From positions 1 to 55,544 of the forward strand of contig JADGAY010000001.1 in assembly GCA_015231775.1 (NCBI GenBank): a stretch of 55,544 nt of DNA, in the 5' to 3' direction. This DNA comes from Magnetococcales bacterium (GTDB lineage Bacteria; Pseudomonadota; Magnetococcia; Magnetococcales; Magnetaquicoccaceae). How positions within the stretch are numbered: position 1 is the stretch's first letter; each line of letters begins with the position of its first letter. Both the position numbers and the translations under genes were made by a program. Shown here piece after piece: positions 41,648-55,544 of this stretch. Under the pieces are notes generated by a model that saw only the letters and a list, made by a program, of their open reading frames with translations, did no database searches and was not told the origin of the DNA.

Positions 41648-44038
41648 TCAACGCAACGCCGCGCCAAACCGCTCCACCACCCGCGCAATAATCCGCTCCG
41701 CCACCCCCTTGCTCTCCGCATCGGTCAAGGTGCGATCGTCGGCCTGCAACACCGTGCTCAACGTCAGACTCTTCGATCCCTCTGGCACGCCGCTACCGGT
41801 ATAGATCGCCACCACCCGCGCCTGACGAATCAAACCCGTATCCAACGCCATCACCTCGGCCACCACCGCGCCAGCCGGGGTCCGCTCGGGCATCAGAAAG
41901 GTGAAATCGCTCTGAATCCCGGGGAATCGACTCGCCACGACCTCACCCGAACCACCCTTGCCCTTGACCGGCAACCCCGCCAGATCCAGCTCCAACACGA
42001 ACAACTCACGCCGCAGATCCAACGCTGACTGCTCGGCGGGGTGCAACTGCCCCATCCAACCGATCGACCGACCATTCCCGTCGTGAATCACCGCCTTGCG
42101 CAACGGATGAAGAAACGCCGGACCACCTGCGACCAAATCCGGCATGATACCGGTCAAACCATGCAACAACGCCTCCAGATCCCCCTTGAGATCATAAAAG
42201 TCCACCGCGCGCGATGCCGCATGCGCGGAGAGTTCTTCGGCGGGACCGCACAGCACGCAGGCCAACCGCTCCACCTCCTCGAGCACCCCATCCTCGGCAC
42301 GGGGCAGAAACACCCGTCCCAGTTCGAAGAGTCGTAACCGCCCATTGCCGCGATTCAGATTGCGCTGCGCACTCTCGATCAATCCGGCGATGAGGGAGGT
42401 GCGCAACACCGATTGCTCCTCGGAGAGGGGATTGAGCAGCCGCACCGGGGTGATGGCGCCATCGAAACGGGCCTGAATCTCCGGGCCGACAAAGGCGTAA
42501 TCGATCGCCTCCTGGTATCCCAACCCCACGAGAATCTCACGCACCCGTTCGGCCAGAACCCGCTGCGGATCCGGCACCGGGGGAGAGGCCGGGACGCGGG
42601 GCAGGGAGGTGGGAACCCGGTCATAACCGTACAGACGCACGATCTCCTCGACCAGATCCTCCTCGCGCTTGAGATCATGACGCCAGCTCGGCGGAATCAC
42701 CATGAAGCGGGGCTCATCCCCGGAGATCGGCATCACCTGACACCCCAAGGCGCCGAGCATGCCGTTCATGGTCTCGGCGGTGAGGTCGATGCCTCCCAAC
42801 CGGTTCACCCGCTCGGGTCGATAGAAGATCTCCGCGGGGGCATGCCAGGTGCCGCCGTCGATCAGCGTCACCGGTCCGGCCTTCCCGCCCGCCAGATCCA
42901 GAATCATCCGCGTGGCCCGCTCCATGACCAGCGCGATCGCTTCGGGATCGGTGCCGCGCTCGAAGCGGTGGCGTGACTCGGAGACCAGCTCCAGTCGCCG
43001 CCCGGTGCGCGCCGTGGCGATGGGATCGAAATAGGCCACCTCCAGAAAGATGTCCGTGGTCGCCTCGGTGACCCCGCTCTCCGCACCGCCCATGATGCCG
43101 GCCAGGGCCAACACCCGCGCTTGATCCGCGATCACCGTCATGGCCGGGGTCAGAGTCCGCTCCACCCCGTCCAGGGTGCGCAGGATCTCCCCCTCGCCGG
43201 CACGTCGCACCACCACCGGCAGCGTCAACTGCTCCAGATCAAAGGCATGCAAGGGTTGGTTCAGGTCGAGCAGCAGATAGTTGGTCACATCCACCACGTT
43301 GTTGATGGCGCGCAGCCCCACCGCCTCGAGCCGATGGCGCAGCCAGGCCGGACTCGGCCCCACCTTCACCCCTCGGATCAGCCGACCCGCATAACGGGGA
43401 CACCCGATCGGATCCTCCAACCGCACCTCGGCGATCGCCTCGGGGGCTTCGATTGGGAGAGTCGGTGGCTCCAGGGGGATCAGACCCTTGCCGGTCAACG
43501 CCGCCACCTCCCGCGCCACGCCGCGTACACCCAGACAGTCGCCGCGATTCGGGGTAACGCCCAATTCCAGCACCATGTCATCGCGACCCAGTGCCTGGGC
43601 GACGGGCAGCCCATCCGGAGTGGCCGGATCCAGGATCAGCACCCCCTCGGCCTCGGTGGCCAGTCCCAACTCCTTGAGCGAGCAGAGCATCCCCTGGGAG
43701 GTGACCCCGCGGATCTGCCCAAGCTGGATCTCCATCCCGTTGGGGAGATTGGCCCCGACCCGCGCCACCGCCACCTTGTCGCCAGGTCGGTGATTCTTGG
43801 CTCCGCAGACGATCTGCAAACAGCTCTCGCCAATGCGTACCTGACACAACGTCAGACGATCGGCGTTCGGATGGGGATCGACGGTCTCCAGCCGCCCCAC
43901 CTGAACCATTTCGAGTCCCTGATCCAGCCGGTACAGGGCATCGAGTTCCAGACCCGCCATGGTAAGCCGGGCGCCGAGCGTGGTGGCGTCGAGATCGAAG
44001 TCAATGTGGTCGCGCAGCCAATCGAGGGTGATTTTCAT
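41648..44038 (-). CDS. pheT: Phenylalanine-tRNA ligase beta subunit
   Basis: HPNADRL, IVCGA, TPNRGDCL, NNVVDVTNY, RFERG, EEIVRLYGY, DRTLTD. Confidence 0.97.
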   Translation of the reverse strand: MKITLDWLRDHIDFDLDATTLGARLTMAGLELDALYRLDQGLEMVQVGRLETVDPHPNADRLTLCQVRIGESCLQIVCGAKNHRPGDKVAVARVGANLPNGMEIQLGQIRGVTSQGMLCSLKELGLATEAEGVLILDPATPDGLPVAQALGRDDMVLELGVTPNRGDCLGVRGVAREVAALTGKGLIPLEPPTLPIEAPEAIAEVRLEDPIGCPRYAGRLIRGVKVGPSPAWLRHRLEAVGLRAINNVVDVTNYLLLDLNQPLHAFDLEQLTLPVVVRRAGEGEILRTLDGVERTLTPAMTVIADQARVLALAGIMGGAESGVTEATTDIFLEVAYFDPIATARTGRRLELVSESRHRFERGTDPEAIALVMERATRMILDLAGGKAGPVTLIDGGTWHAPAEIFYRPERVNRLGGIDLTAETMNGMLGALGCQVMPISGDEPRFMVIPPSWRHDLKREEDLVEEIVRLYGYDRVPTSLPRVPASPPVPDPQRVLAERVREILVGLGYQEAIDYAFVGPEIQARFDGAITPVRLLNPLSEEQSVLRTSLIAGLIESAQRNLNRGNGRLRLFELGRVFLPRAEDGVLEEVERLACVLCGPAEELSAHAASRAVDFYDLKGDLEALLHGLTGIMPDLVAGGPAFLHPLRKAVIHDGNGRSIGWMGQLHPAEQSALDLRRELFVLELDLAGLPVKGKGGSGEVVASRFPGIQSDFTFLMPERTPAGAVVAEVMALDTGLIRQARVVAIYTGSGVPEGSKSLTLSTVLQADDRTLTDAESKGVAERIIARVVERFGAALR

Positions 44039-44090
44039 GAGGATGTTCCCGTATGTCTAACAACGGTGGAGCAACGTTCGACCACAATGT

Positions 44091-45128
44091 TCACGCATGC
44101 CGCGTCAGGAAGCGGGTATCGTTGTCGAACAGGGCGCGGATATCGTTGATGCCGTATTTGAGCATGGCGAGCCGTTCCACGCCCATGCCGAAGGCAAAGC
44201 CGGCGTAGCGTTCCCGGTCGATGCCGACGTTGGTGAGGACGTTGGGGTGGATCAGGCCGCAGCCGAGCACCTCGAGCCAGCCGGTGCGCTTGCAGACCCG
44301 GCACCCCTGGCCATCGCAGAACAGACACCCCATGTCCACCTCCGCCGACGGTTCGGTGAACGGAAAGAACGACGGACGGAACCGCACCGGCAACTCCCGC
44401 TCGAAGAACCGGATCAGGAAGGTCTCGAGCAAACCCTTGAGCTGGCCGAAGTGCACCCCTTCGTCCACCATGAACCCCTCCACCTGGTGGAACATCGGCG
44501 TATGGGTCAAGTCCGAGTCGCAGCGGAACACCTTGCCCGGCGCGATGGCGCGCAACGGCGGTTGCTTGCCCTCCATGACCCGGATCTGCACCGGCGAGGT
44601 GTGGGTGCGCAGCAGCCGTTTGCGACCATCCAGCGCGGGCGGCAGGTAGAAGGTGTCGTGCATCTCCCGCGCCGGGTGGTCCGGCGGGATGTTCAGGGCC
44701 TCGAAGTTGTGCCAGTCCGACTCCACCTCCGGTCCCGAGGCGGGGGGAAAGCCCATGGCCGTGAAGATGGCGATGATCTCGTTCTGGGCGCGGGTCACCG
44801 GGTGGAGCGTGCCCCGGGGGCGCGGGCGGCCCGGAAGGGTGACATCCACCCACTCCCGTTCCAGCTTTTGGTTCATCTCCGTCAGTTTGAGTTGTTCGCT
44901 GCGCTCGGCGAGCCGATTGGCGAAGCTCTCCTTGAAGGCGTTGGCCAGGGCACCGAACGCGGCCCGTTGGCTTTCGTCCATTTGGCCGAGGCCGCGCAAA
45001 ATTTGGGTCAGATCCCCCTTCTTGCCCAGGGTCTGGACGCGAATTGCCTCCAGATCGGCGGGGGTGGCGGCGGTGTCGAGGGCGGCGAGGGCGGACTCTT
45101 TCAGTTTGGCCAGATCATCTTCAAGCAT
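44091..45128 (-). CDS. pheS: Phenylalanine-tRNA ligase alpha subunit
   Basis: [44 protein letters not shown]. Confidence 0.97.
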   Translation of the reverse strand: MLEDDLAKLKESALAALDTAATPADLEAIRVQTLGKKGDLTQILRGLGQMDESQRAAFGALANAFKESFANRLAERSEQLKLTEMNQKLEREWVDVTLPGRPRPRGTLHPVTRAQNEIIAIFTAMGFPPASGPEVESDWHNFEALNIPPDHPAREMHDTFYLPPALDGRKRLLRTHTSPVQIRVMEGKQPPLRAIAPGKVFRCDSDLTHTPMFHQVEGFMVDEGVHFGQLKGLLETFLIRFFERELPVRFRPSFFPFTEPSAEVDMGCLFCDGQGCRVCKRTGWLEVLGCGLIHPNVLTNVGIDRERYAGFAFGMGVERLAMLKYGINDIRALFDNDTRFLTRHA

Positions 45129-45212
45129 GGTGGATTCCCGACAGGCAAAAAAGGGTGCGAGGCTGGAGGGGGTGTGGTCGTGGTATGGTCACTGTGTTGA
45201 TCATGTCATCAT

Positions 45213-45267
45213 GGGGATCCGGGGGAGATGATCGCCCCCGGTGGGGGTTCGGAGGCACTGCCTCCGC
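45213..45267 (-). repeat. Element terminal module copy E9 (between rplT and pheS)
   Basis: GGGGATCCGGGGGAGATGATCGCCCCCGGTGGGGGTTCGGAGGCACTGCCTCCG is the reverse form of the double-hairpin terminal module. Confidence 0.75.
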
Positions 45268-45314
45268 AGCTAAGCCAGGGCGTTCGAGCCCCGAACCCTG
45301 CATGGGTAACCGTA

Positions 45315-45347
45315 CAAAAGACAAAAGGGTTCCAAGACTGGAACCCT
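45315..45347 (-). terminator. Putative intrinsic terminator after rplT
   Basis: Minus strand reads AGGGTTCCA-gtct-TGGAACCCT followed by TTTGTCTTTTG. Confidence 0.55.
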
Positions 45348-45374
45348 CTCATCCCTCTTTAAACCGTGAGACGA

Positions 45375-45737
45375 TCAGGCCGCTGCCAGAGCCGCCTTGG
45401 CGCTCTCGGCGACACGCGCGAAATCCTCCGGCGCATGCACGGCCATGTCGGCCAACACCTTGCGATCCAGATCGATGCCGCCCTTGGCCAGACCGCAGAT
45501 GAACCGGCTGTAGGAGAGGCCGCTCAAGCGGGCCGCGGCGTTGATGCGCACGATCCACAGCTTGCGGAAATCCCGCTTCCGGGCACGGCGATCGCGATAC
45601 GCGTATTGCAGGCCATGCTCGACCTTCTGCAAGGCGATGCGATAGCAACTGCTGTTGCGGCCTTGATACCCCTTGGCCAGTTCCAAAACTTTCTTGTGAC
45701 GTGCGTGGGCACTCACACCCCGTTTAACGCGCGGCAT
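45375..45737 (-). CDS. rplT: 50S ribosomal protein L20
   Basis: [35 protein letters not shown]. Confidence 0.98.
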   Translation of the reverse strand: MPRVKRGVSAHARHKKVLELAKGYQGRNSSCYRIALQKVEHGLQYAYRDRRARKRDFRKLWIVRINAAARLSGLSYSRFICGLAKGGIDLDRKVLADMAVHAPEDFARVAESAKAALAAA

Positions 45738-45764
45738 GGGTGAAAACTCCTTGAAAAAAAGATC

Positions 45765-45962
45765 TTATAAATAAGGCATCATCTGCCGGACCGCCGGCGC
45801 ATCCGCCGGGGACATCAGACAGGTGCCACACATGTTGCGTTTGTTCTTGGGCGCCTTCTTGGTCAAAATGTGGCGCTTGAACGCATGGTTGCGCTTGAGC
45901 TTACCGGTGCCGGTGGCGGAAAACCGCTTGGCCGCGCCCCGATGGGTTTTGATCTTGGGCAT
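45765..45962 (-). CDS. rpmI: 50S ribosomal protein L35
   Basis: [20 protein letters not shown]. Confidence 0.97.
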   Translation of the reverse strand: MPKIKTHRGAAKRFSATGTGKLKRNHAFKRHILTKKAPKNKRNMCGTCLMSPADAPAVRQMMPYL

Positions 45963-46030
45963 TGCCGATCCTTCGGTTGGGGGTTGATGTCATCCGCATG
46001 CGCTGGTTAACGTCAGCAGCGCCATGCGTA

Positions 46031-46639
46031 TCAGGGTACTTTCTTTGTTTTGGAGGGCGCCACCACCATGGTGATCTGCCGACCCATCAGCTTGGGCACC
46101 TGCTCCACCTTGGCCAGATCCGCGACCGCCTCCTCGACCCGTTTCAGCAGGGCGAGTCCGAGATCCTGATGGGCCATTTCACGTCCCCGGAAACGCAAGG
46201 TGCATTTCACCTTGTCGCCATCCTCCAGGAATTTTCGCATGCTTCGGAGCTTGACGTCAAAGTCGTGCGTATCGGTTCCGGGCCGGAACTTGATCTCCTT
46301 GATCTCGATGCGCACCTGCTTTTTCCTGGCCAGCCGTTCGCGTACCGATTTTTGGTACTTGAACTTGGCGTAGTCCATGATTTTGCAGACCGGGGGGCGG
46401 GCCTCGGGAGCCACTTCCACGAGATCCTGTCCTGCCTCCGTGGCGCGGCGCATCGCTTCGTAGGTGGTGACCACCCCCACCTGTTCACCTTTTTCGTCGA
46501 TCAGCCGCACTTCCGGCACGCGGATCTGTTCATTGATGCGCGTGTTGTCGGTCTGAACCTGGGGAGCGGGGCGTTCACGGTTGTCCCGGTTGCCAGTGTG
46601 GCCGCCGCTGTGGTTGGGTATGGAAGGCTTGATGATGAT
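46031..46639 (-). CDS. infC: Translation initiation factor IF-3 (non-AUG ATC start)
   Basis: RINEQIRVPEVRLID, PPVCKIMDY, KEIKFRP, FRGRE; frame stays open upstream to ATC codons at 46639/46636/46633 just after AAGGGAG. Confidence 0.93.
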   Translation of the reverse strand: MIIKPSIPNHSGGHTGNRDNRERPAPQVQTDNTRINEQIRVPEVRLIDEKGEQVGVVTTYEAMRRATEAGQDLVEVAPEARPPVCKIMDYAKFKYQKSVRERLARKKQVRIEIKEIKFRPGTDTHDFDVKLRSMRKFLEDGDKVKCTLRFRGREMAHQDLGLALLKRVEEAVADLAKVEQVPKLMGRQITMVVAPSKTKKVP

Positions 46640-46731
46640 CGACTCTCCCTTGTGGTGAATGTTTCACGAATGCCTGGCGTGGAAACGCCCGTAAGCATTT
46701 GCCACGGATGGTTTTTTTCCCATCACGCACA

Positions 46732-48645
46732 TCATGCCCGCTGCTTGTTTTCGATCAGCAGGCGTTGGATCATTTCGTCGAGCGGGATCAAACCCAGCTC
46801 CTTGCCATGTCGATCACGGGGACTCACCGCCCCCTCGGCGCGTTCGCGTTCGCCGACGATCAGCAGCCATGGGATCTTTTGCATGGCGTGTTCTCGGATT
46901 TTATAGCCAATTTTCTGATTGCGCAAATCTGTTTGAACGCGCAGACCTGCTGCGCGCAATTTTTGTTCCACTTCCACGGCCCAATCGTTGTAGGCTTCGG
47001 TGATCGTCAGCACCATCGCCTGCACCGGCGCGAGCCATACGGGGAAATGGCCGGCGTAATGTTCGATGAGGATGCCGAAGAACCGTTCCAGGGATCCCAT
47101 CAAGGCGCGATGGATCATGATGGGTCGATGTCTGGCTCCATCCTCGCCAATATAGCCGATATCGAACCGTTCTGGAAGGTTGAAGTCAAGTTGAATCGTC
47201 GAACATTGCCATTTTCTTCCGATGGCATCGGTGATCTTGACATCGATCTTCGGTCCATAGAAGGCGCCACCGCCCACATCCTCGCAATAATCCAGTCCGT
47301 GATGCAGGATCGCGCCACGCAGGGCGGCGGTGGCCTTCTCCCAGATCGCGTCCGAACCCACCGCCTTTTCCGGGCGTGTGGAGAGGTTGATTTCGAACTT
47401 CTCGAACCCAAACGTCCGCAGGGTCTGCAAGGTCAGGTCCAGAATGGCGCTGATCTCATCCTCGATTTGCGATTCGCGGCAGAAGATGTGCGCGTCGTCC
47501 TGGGTGAAGCCGCGCACCCGGAACAAACCGTGCAAAACACCCGACATTTCATAACGATAGACCGTTCCCAACTCGGCCCAGCGCATCGGCAGATCGCGAT
47601 GCGAGCGGATCTGGGAGCGAAACACCAGAATATGGAACGGGCAGTTCATGGGTCGGATCTGGTATTTCTGTTCATCGACCGTCATCGGATTGAACATCGA
47701 ATCGTGGTAGAAGTCCAGATGGCCCGAGGTGCGCCAAAGATCCAGATTGGCCATGTGGGGGGTGAACAGAAACTCGTAGCCAGCCGCGCGATGGGCCTCT
47801 TTCCACTGATCCTCGATGGTCTGCCGCACCCGCGCGCCCATGGGATGCCACAGCACCAGGCCACCGCCGGCGTCATCCTGGATCGAGAACAGATCCAACT
47901 CCTTGCCGATACGTCGATGATCCCGTTTGGCCGCCTCCTCGAGAAGGGTGAGGTGGTCCGCCAGGGCTTTCTTGTCCGCGAAAGCGGTGCCATAGATCCG
48001 TTGCAGCATCTTGTTTTTCGAATCACCGCGCCAGTACGCCCCGGCCAGGCGGGTCAGCTTGAACACCTTGAGCCGACCCGTGGCAGGAACATGGGGTCCG
48101 CGGCAGAGATCCATGAATTCGCCTTGGCGATAGAGCGAGATGGCCTGATCCTCCGGAATCTCGGCGATGATCTCGGCCTTGTACCGCTCCCCCTGGCTCA
48201 AAAACCAATCGATCGCCTCCTGCCGTCCCATGAGTTGCCGTTTGACCGGCAGATCCCGCTTGACGATCTCCTCCATGCGCGCTTCGATGGCGGTCAGATC
48301 TTCCGGGGTGAACGGGCGCTCGTAGTCGAAATCATAGTAAAATCCATCCGCCACCGCTGGACCGATGGTCACCTGGGCGCCGGGAAACAGCTCCTTGACC
48401 GCCTGGGCCATCAGATGGCTGGTGGAGTGGCGCAGGATTTCGAGTCCCTCGGGTGACGAAGGGGTGATGATTTCGATGGCGGCATCCTGATCGACCATGC
48501 TATCCAGATCGACCTGGCGGCCATTCACGCGACCGGCGATGGCCGCGCGGGCCAGACCGGCGCCGATGGTGGCGGCGATCGCGGCCACGCTTACCGGTGC
48601 GGCGCTCTCCTGGAAGGATCCATCGGGAAGGGTGTAACGCGGCAT
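46732..48645 (-). CDS. thrS: Threonine-tRNA ligase
   Basis: [46 protein letters not shown]. Confidence 0.98.
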   Translation of the reverse strand: MPRYTLPDGSFQESAAPVSVAAIAATIGAGLARAAIAGRVNGRQVDLDSMVDQDAAIEIITPSSPEGLEILRHSTSHLMAQAVKELFPGAQVTIGPAVADGFYYDFDYERPFTPEDLTAIEARMEEIVKRDLPVKRQLMGRQEAIDWFLSQGERYKAEIIAEIPEDQAISLYRQGEFMDLCRGPHVPATGRLKVFKLTRLAGAYWRGDSKNKMLQRIYGTAFADKKALADHLTLLEEAAKRDHRRIGKELDLFSIQDDAGGGLVLWHPMGARVRQTIEDQWKEAHRAAGYEFLFTPHMANLDLWRTSGHLDFYHDSMFNPMTVDEQKYQIRPMNCPFHILVFRSQIRSHRDLPMRWAELGTVYRYEMSGVLHGLFRVRGFTQDDAHIFCRESQIEDEISAILDLTLQTLRTFGFEKFEINLSTRPEKAVGSDAIWEKATAALRGAILHHGLDYCEDVGGGAFYGPKIDVKITDAIGRKWQCSTIQLDFNLPERFDIGYIGEDGARHRPIMIHRALMGSLERFFGILIEHYAGHFPVWLAPVQAMVLTITEAYNDWAVEVEQKLRAAGLRVQTDLRNQKIGYKIREHAMQKIPWLLIVGERERAEGAVSPRDRHGKELGLIPLDEMIQRLLIENKQRA

Positions 48646-48650
48646 GGGAA

Positions 48651-50030
48651 TCACTCTCCTGAGGCTTGCGCAGCCTTTTGTATGCGTTGGCAAAGATCAT
48701 CGACGCAGGCCGCAATGATCTCATGGGAATCCCCCTCGGCCATGACACGGATTTTCGGTTCCGTGCCCGAAGGGCGTACCAGCAGGCGTCCCTGCCCTTG
48801 CAGGGCGGCATGGGCGGTCTCGATGGCCGCCTGAACCGCGGGATCCGCCAAGGGTTTGGAGCCGCGGGGGATGGTGACGTTCTTGAGAATCTGCGGCACG
48901 GTATGGAACTGCGCGGCCAGCTCCGAGAGCGGGCGTTGTTGGGTCACCATCCGTTCCAGGATCTTCAAGGCGCTGACGATGCCATCGCCCGTGGTGTTGT
49001 AATCGAGAAAGATCATGTGGCCCGACTGTTCGCCGCCCAGATTGCACCCTTCGGCGAGCATGGTTTCCAGCACGTAGCGATCCCCGACGTTGGCCCGCAG
49101 CAGTTTGAGATCCAGGGAGTGGAGAAACCGTTCCAGTCCCAGGTTCGACATCACCGTGCCGACCACCGCGCCCCCTTTCAGGGTATTGTTATCCTTCATC
49201 ATGATGGCGCTCAGGGCCATCATCTGGTCCCCGTCGAGCAATCGCCCCTGGTCGTCGCACACCAGCAGTCGGTCGGCATCCCCATCCAGGGCCAGGCCGA
49301 TATCCGCGCCGGTTTCGCGCACCTTGGCGCGCATCAGTTCCGGGTAGAGCGAGCCGCAGTTCTGGTTGATATTCAGACCATCCGGTTTCACCCCCAGCGG
49401 GATCACATCCTCGGCCCCCAGTTCCCAGAGCACCTCCGGGGCCACGCGATAGGCCGCGCCGTTGGCGCAATCCACGACCACCTTCAATCCCGTGAGTCGC
49501 AGGTCACGAGGAAAGGTATTCTTGCAAAATTCGATGTAGCGTCCCCGTGCATCTTCGATCCGTTGCGCACGACCGATATGGGACGGGTGGGGCAGGTCAC
49601 GGATCACCGGGTCCTGGAAGAACTGCTCCTCGATGGCCCGTTCCACCTCATCCGGGAGCTTCATGCCGTTCGGCCCGAAAAACTTGATGCCGTTGTCGTG
49701 ATACGGGTTATGGGAGGCTGAGATCACGACGCCGATTTCGGCGCGAAAGGCGCGGGTGAGGTAAGCGACTGCCGGGGTTGGGATGGTTCCAACCTGGACG
49801 CAGTGCATCCCCACCGAGTTGAAGCCCGCGCGCAGGGCGGATTCGAACAGGTAGCCGGAGAGGCGGGTATCCTTGCCGATCACCACCACGCCGCCGCGGT
49901 GATCCGGGCGGCGCAGCACCTGGCCCGCGGCCTGGCCGAGGCGCAGGGCGGCTTCCGCGGTCATGGGGTGGACGTTGGCCAGACCGCGCACGCCGTCGGT
50001 GCCGAAGAGGCGGGGGGGAGTGGAATTCAT
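48651..50030 (-). CDS. glmM: Phosphoglucosamine mutase
   Basis: [44 protein letters not shown]. Confidence 0.96.
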   Translation of the reverse strand: MNSTPPRLFGTDGVRGLANVHPMTAEAALRLGQAAGQVLRRPDHRGGVVVIGKDTRLSGYLFESALRAGFNSVGMHCVQVGTIPTPAVAYLTRAFRAEIGVVISASHNPYHDNGIKFFGPNGMKLPDEVERAIEEQFFQDPVIRDLPHPSHIGRAQRIEDARGRYIEFCKNTFPRDLRLTGLKVVVDCANGAAYRVAPEVLWELGAEDVIPLGVKPDGLNINQNCGSLYPELMRAKVRETGADIGLALDGDADRLLVCDDQGRLLDGDQMMALSAIMMKDNNTLKGGAVVGTVMSNLGLERFLHSLDLKLLRANVGDRYVLETMLAEGCNLGGEQSGHMIFLDYNTTGDGIVSALKILERMVTQQRPLSELAAQFHTVPQILKNVTIPRGSKPLADPAVQAAIETAHAALQGQGRLLVRPSGTEPKIRVMAEGDSHEIIAACVDDLCQRIQKAAQASGE

Positions 50031-50067
50031 GAACGGCAATCCTGGTTGAATCGATCGGTCTGAATGA

Positions 50068-50310
50068 TTGAAAAAAAGAGGAGGTCTGGGGGATTCTTCC
50101 CCCAGGGTTTGTCCTTTTTTGTTTTTTGTCTTTCGCGCGCTTTTTGCGAAAAGTGGCGCAGATGCCGCAGCCAAGGCGGCGCGCGGCGTTTTTTCGCCAA
50201 AGGCGCGAAAAAACGCTTTGTGAAAGGCGCGCTAAAAGCAAAGTCAAAATCAAAACCTCGGAGGCGCTGCCTCCGAACCTCCGCCGGGGGCCTTCGGCCC
50301 CCCGTCCCCC
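50068..50310 (+). repeat. Modular hairpin element copy E10 (between folP and glmM)
   Basis: Reverse CTGGGGGA-ttct-TCCCCCAG module plus T-tract; GCGTTTTTTCGC-caaaggc-GCGAAAAAACGC; forward terminal module ending GTCCCCC. Confidence 0.9.
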
Positions 50311-50338
50311 GCGAACGTTGGAAACTATCGCTTGCGCC

Positions 50339-51521
50339 TTAACCCCTCAATCCCGCCGCGACTCTTGCCGCCAACTTCGCTCCCACCACATCATGCACGC
50401 GCAAAATCGCCGCATCCGCCAACAAACTCAACAAATGACCCACCCCATCACGACCCCGGGGGATCTCAATGCCACTCAACTCCCCCAATACCCGCTTGCG
50501 GGAAAAACCCAACATCAACGGCACACCCAACCCGCGAAACACCCGTCGCCGCCGTAACAAGGCCAGATTGTGCTCCCGACTTTTGCCAAACCCGATGCCC
50601 GGATCACACGCCAACATCCGGAGCCCACACCCCTCGGCCAACGCCTGACGCCGCGCGAGAAAATCAAACACCTCCACCACCACGTCGTCATAACGCGGGG
50701 CGCTCTGCATCACCTCTGGACGATCCGCCATGTGCATCAACAATACCGGCACATCCATACCAGCCAGCCAACGAACACGCCCGGCACCGTCACCATCCAA
50801 ACCCGCTCCACGCAACGCGGTGACATCGTTGATCATCGCCGCGCCAGCCTCAAGGGCAGCCCGCATCACTTCGGGCTTGGAGGTGTCCACGGCAATGGGA
50901 ATGGAGACCGCGCGCGCCAGCCCGTTCACCACCGGCACCACCCGCGCCAGCTCTTCCTCCACCGCGACCGGCAAGGATCCAGGACGGGTCGATTCACCAC
51001 CCACATCCAACAGATCCGCCCCCGCCTCGGCCATGGCCACGCCTTGCGCGATGGCCGCCTCGACACGACCGGCCAAACCGTCACCCGAAAACGAATCCGG
51101 GGTCACATTCACAATCCCCATGACGCGCGGTCCAGTCAGATCCAACGTCCATCCAGGGTTGCCCCAACGCCAGACCGGATCCGCCTGCCGATGCCGCGCC
51201 AACCCGGTCTCGATGGCACTGGCCTCAGCCTCCAAACCCACCGCGCGCAACACCTCGGTGAAACCCCGCAAACCGGCCCCATTCAAACGACCCTCGGCCA
51301 GACGCCACGGGCCGGCTTGACGGATACGCATCCCCTCGGGCACCAGCCGATCCCACCCCTCCCGCCAGCCGGCCAGGGTCACCGACCACACCGTGATCGG
51401 ATCATCAAGCTGCTCCAGAAGCGCGGTCGCATCCCCATGTCGTCCCGCAAACCAGGAGGCCTCGCCGAGCATGGGCTCCAACAGCACCCGCATCGGCCTC
51501 ATCCCTTCCGTGGCAAACGGC

Positions 51522-51529
<8 letters not shown>
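50339..51529 (-). CDS. folP: Dihydropteroate synthase with ~130-aa N-terminal extension
   Basis: VMGIVNVTPDSFSGDG, DVGGESTRPG, VDTSKP, INDV, DPGIGFGK, SRKR, RVHDV; start uncertain. Confidence 0.93.
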
Positions 51530-53789
<2,260 letters not shown>

Positions 53790-53833
53790 GCGGACTTCTC
53801 CTGGATCGGATGATGTTGCAAGGATGGAATGAT

Positions 53834-54967
53834 TCAGATCGGGAGCTGGGCATCCGGATGGGTGAACCGTCCACACTCATGATACGGATCCCACACGTAA
53901 AATTCAACCATCTCCCACATCTCTTTTTCTTCCGTGGTTCGGGAACGCTTTCGCGGCGCCTCCATGAAGCGTTGCCAGTAGATCCGGGACTCCGCCTTTT
54001 TGATCCGCAGGCCATCCACATGCATGTGCCACGCGCCACCTTTTCCGTGGATCATCCGGCTCAATTGCGTCATGGCACGCGCGCCGGGCGGGTGATCGTT
54101 CCCCGTCAGCACGGCATGACAACGGGTCAGCACACGGTGTGCCAGGGCCTCGGGAAGCCTTGTAAAAGCACGAAAATCCACGGAGATGATCCCGGCCTCC
54201 CGGCTCCACCGGGCATCGAGTCGGGGCCAGTAATCCTCCAGTGACCATTCGAGCGCCTTGTCGGCCTGGGCCAGCCGTTCCGCGGTTTCCGCCAGACACG
54301 CCGTGACCGCGTGATCCGGCAACGCTTCGTTCAACAAGGGCATCAACCGATGTCGCAGCCAATTGCGTCGATACGCCTCTTGTGCATTCGAGGGATCCTC
54401 GCGCCATGTCACCCCACGTTGCATCAGCCACGCGCGCAGCGTCTCCCGTCGCATCCCCAGCAAGGGGCGCACGATGCGGACTCCGTTCCCGAGGAACCGT
54501 TCGGCGCGCATCGCCGACAGACCCGTCACCCCACCGCCTCGCAACAGTCGTTCCAGAAAGGTCTCGGCCTGGTCATCCTGGTGATGACCGGTCAGAATCG
54601 CCTCGGCCTCGAAGGATTGTGCGCAGCTTAGCAAAAAAGCCAGTCGTGCCTCTCGGGCCCGCTCCTGGAGGTTGCCACCCGGTGTCGGGGATTCCCACTT
54701 CCCGATGCGACAGGCCAGCCCCAAATGGTCCGCCTGTTCGCCCACGAACTGGGCATCCAGGTGGGAGTCCGCGCGCAAGGCGTGGTCGAAGTGGGCCACC
54801 AGCAGTCGCGTCCCCTCGATGCGTGGGTCGGCGCGCAGCAGATGCAGCAGGGCCAGGGAGTCGGCACCCCCGGATACCGCGACCACGACCCGTGCCTGAT
54901 CGGAGAGCAGCGGTCGGAGTCGGGTGTGAAAGCGCTGCAAAAGCGGATCGCGGGTTGGATGGTTCAT
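53834..54967 (-). CDS. tilS: tRNA(Ile)-lysidine synthetase
   Basis: AVSGGADS, HFDHALR, GHHQDDQAET, RPLL, EDPSN, RNWLR. Confidence 0.95.
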   Translation of the reverse strand: MNHPTRDPLLQRFHTRLRPLLSDQARVVVAVSGGADSLALLHLLRADPRIEGTRLLVAHFDHALRADSHLDAQFVGEQADHLGLACRIGKWESPTPGGNLQERAREARLAFLLSCAQSFEAEAILTGHHQDDQAETFLERLLRGGGVTGLSAMRAERFLGNGVRIVRPLLGMRRETLRAWLMQRGVTWREDPSNAQEAYRRNWLRHRLMPLLNEALPDHAVTACLAETAERLAQADKALEWSLEDYWPRLDARWSREAGIISVDFRAFTRLPEALAHRVLTRCHAVLTGNDHPPGARAMTQLSRMIHGKGGAWHMHVDGLRIKKAESRIYWQRFMEAPRKRSRTTEEKEMWEMVEFYVWDPYHECGRFTHPDAQLPI

Positions 54968-55033
54968 GACGGGTTGAAAGCGTGGGAGAATCGTCGCGGT
55001 GGGTGGTATGATTCAGGACGCCAAAAAATTGCC

Positions 55034-55472
55034 GGGGTCCAGGGGCCAATGGCCCCTGGTGGGATCCAAGGGCAAAGCCCTTGGGACTTTTCCTTTGATT
55101 TTGCCCTTTGTCCTTTGCCTTTCGCGCGCTTTTCACGATAAGCCCTTTTTCGCGCCTTTTGCGAAAAAGGGCGCAAGCGCGCGGTCTTATGTGCCCTGAT
55201 TTGTTGCCGCTTTTGGGCAACGAATCAGGGCGAATTGCGCGTCACCCCATAAGCCGCCTTCGGCGGCCTGCTTGGGGCAAGGCGAAGGTGCGTCGTTTTG
55301 CCAAAAGCGCAAAACGACGCACCTTCCAAGGCTGCGCGCAAGCGATTTTCACAAAAGACGTGAAAATCGCTTTTTTTGAAGAGCGCGCTAAAAGCAAAGG
55401 CAAATTCAAAAGCAAAACCTCGGAGGCTCTGCCTCCGAACCTCCGCCGGGGACCTTCGGCCCCCCGTCCCCC
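55034..55472 (+). repeat. Modular hairpin element copy E11 (complete two-armed form)
   Basis: GGGGTCCAGGGGCCAATGGCCCCTGG...CCAAGGGCAAAGCCCTTGG, four long hairpins, central GCCGCC-ttc-GGCGGC (55253-55267), forward terminal module ending GTCCCCC. Confidence 0.92.
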
Positions 55473-55544
55473 GTGACAGTGGGCGCTGAATCGCTCCGCC
55501 TTCCTATGTCCTCACATAACCAATCGGATCGCTCGCCCCAGCCG

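Overview
GC-rich bacterial chromosomal window around the replication/partition gene region; gene content and style suggest a Magnetococcales-like proteobacterium (inference only). Core blocks: rpmH-rnpA-yidD-yidC-mnmE-(parS)-mnmG-rsmG(parS)-parA-parB-gspC (+); napDAGHBC with an FNR-like box (+); dnaA-dnaN-recF-gyrB (-), separated from rpmH and convergent with it; tilS-ftsH-folP-glmM-thrS-infC-rpmI-rplT-pheS-pheT (-). Accessory genes include a 1418-aa PPDK-like dikinase lacking the pyruvate domain next to an atypical GAPDH, two tandem RatA/Coq10 genes plus dsbA, a three-gene glycosylation cluster, and EAL and FGE-family pseudogenes. The most striking unexplained signal is non-coding. At least 11 intergenic copies of a modular, pseudo-symmetric multi-hairpin element (about 55-440 bp) are present. 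Their stems covary while a 7-nt loop ([AC]AAAVNC) is conserved. The DNA lying outward of their GC-rich terminal module shows strong directional C-over-G skew regardless of gene orientation. No transposase, integrase, reverse transcriptase, Cas gene, rRNA or tRNA was recognised.
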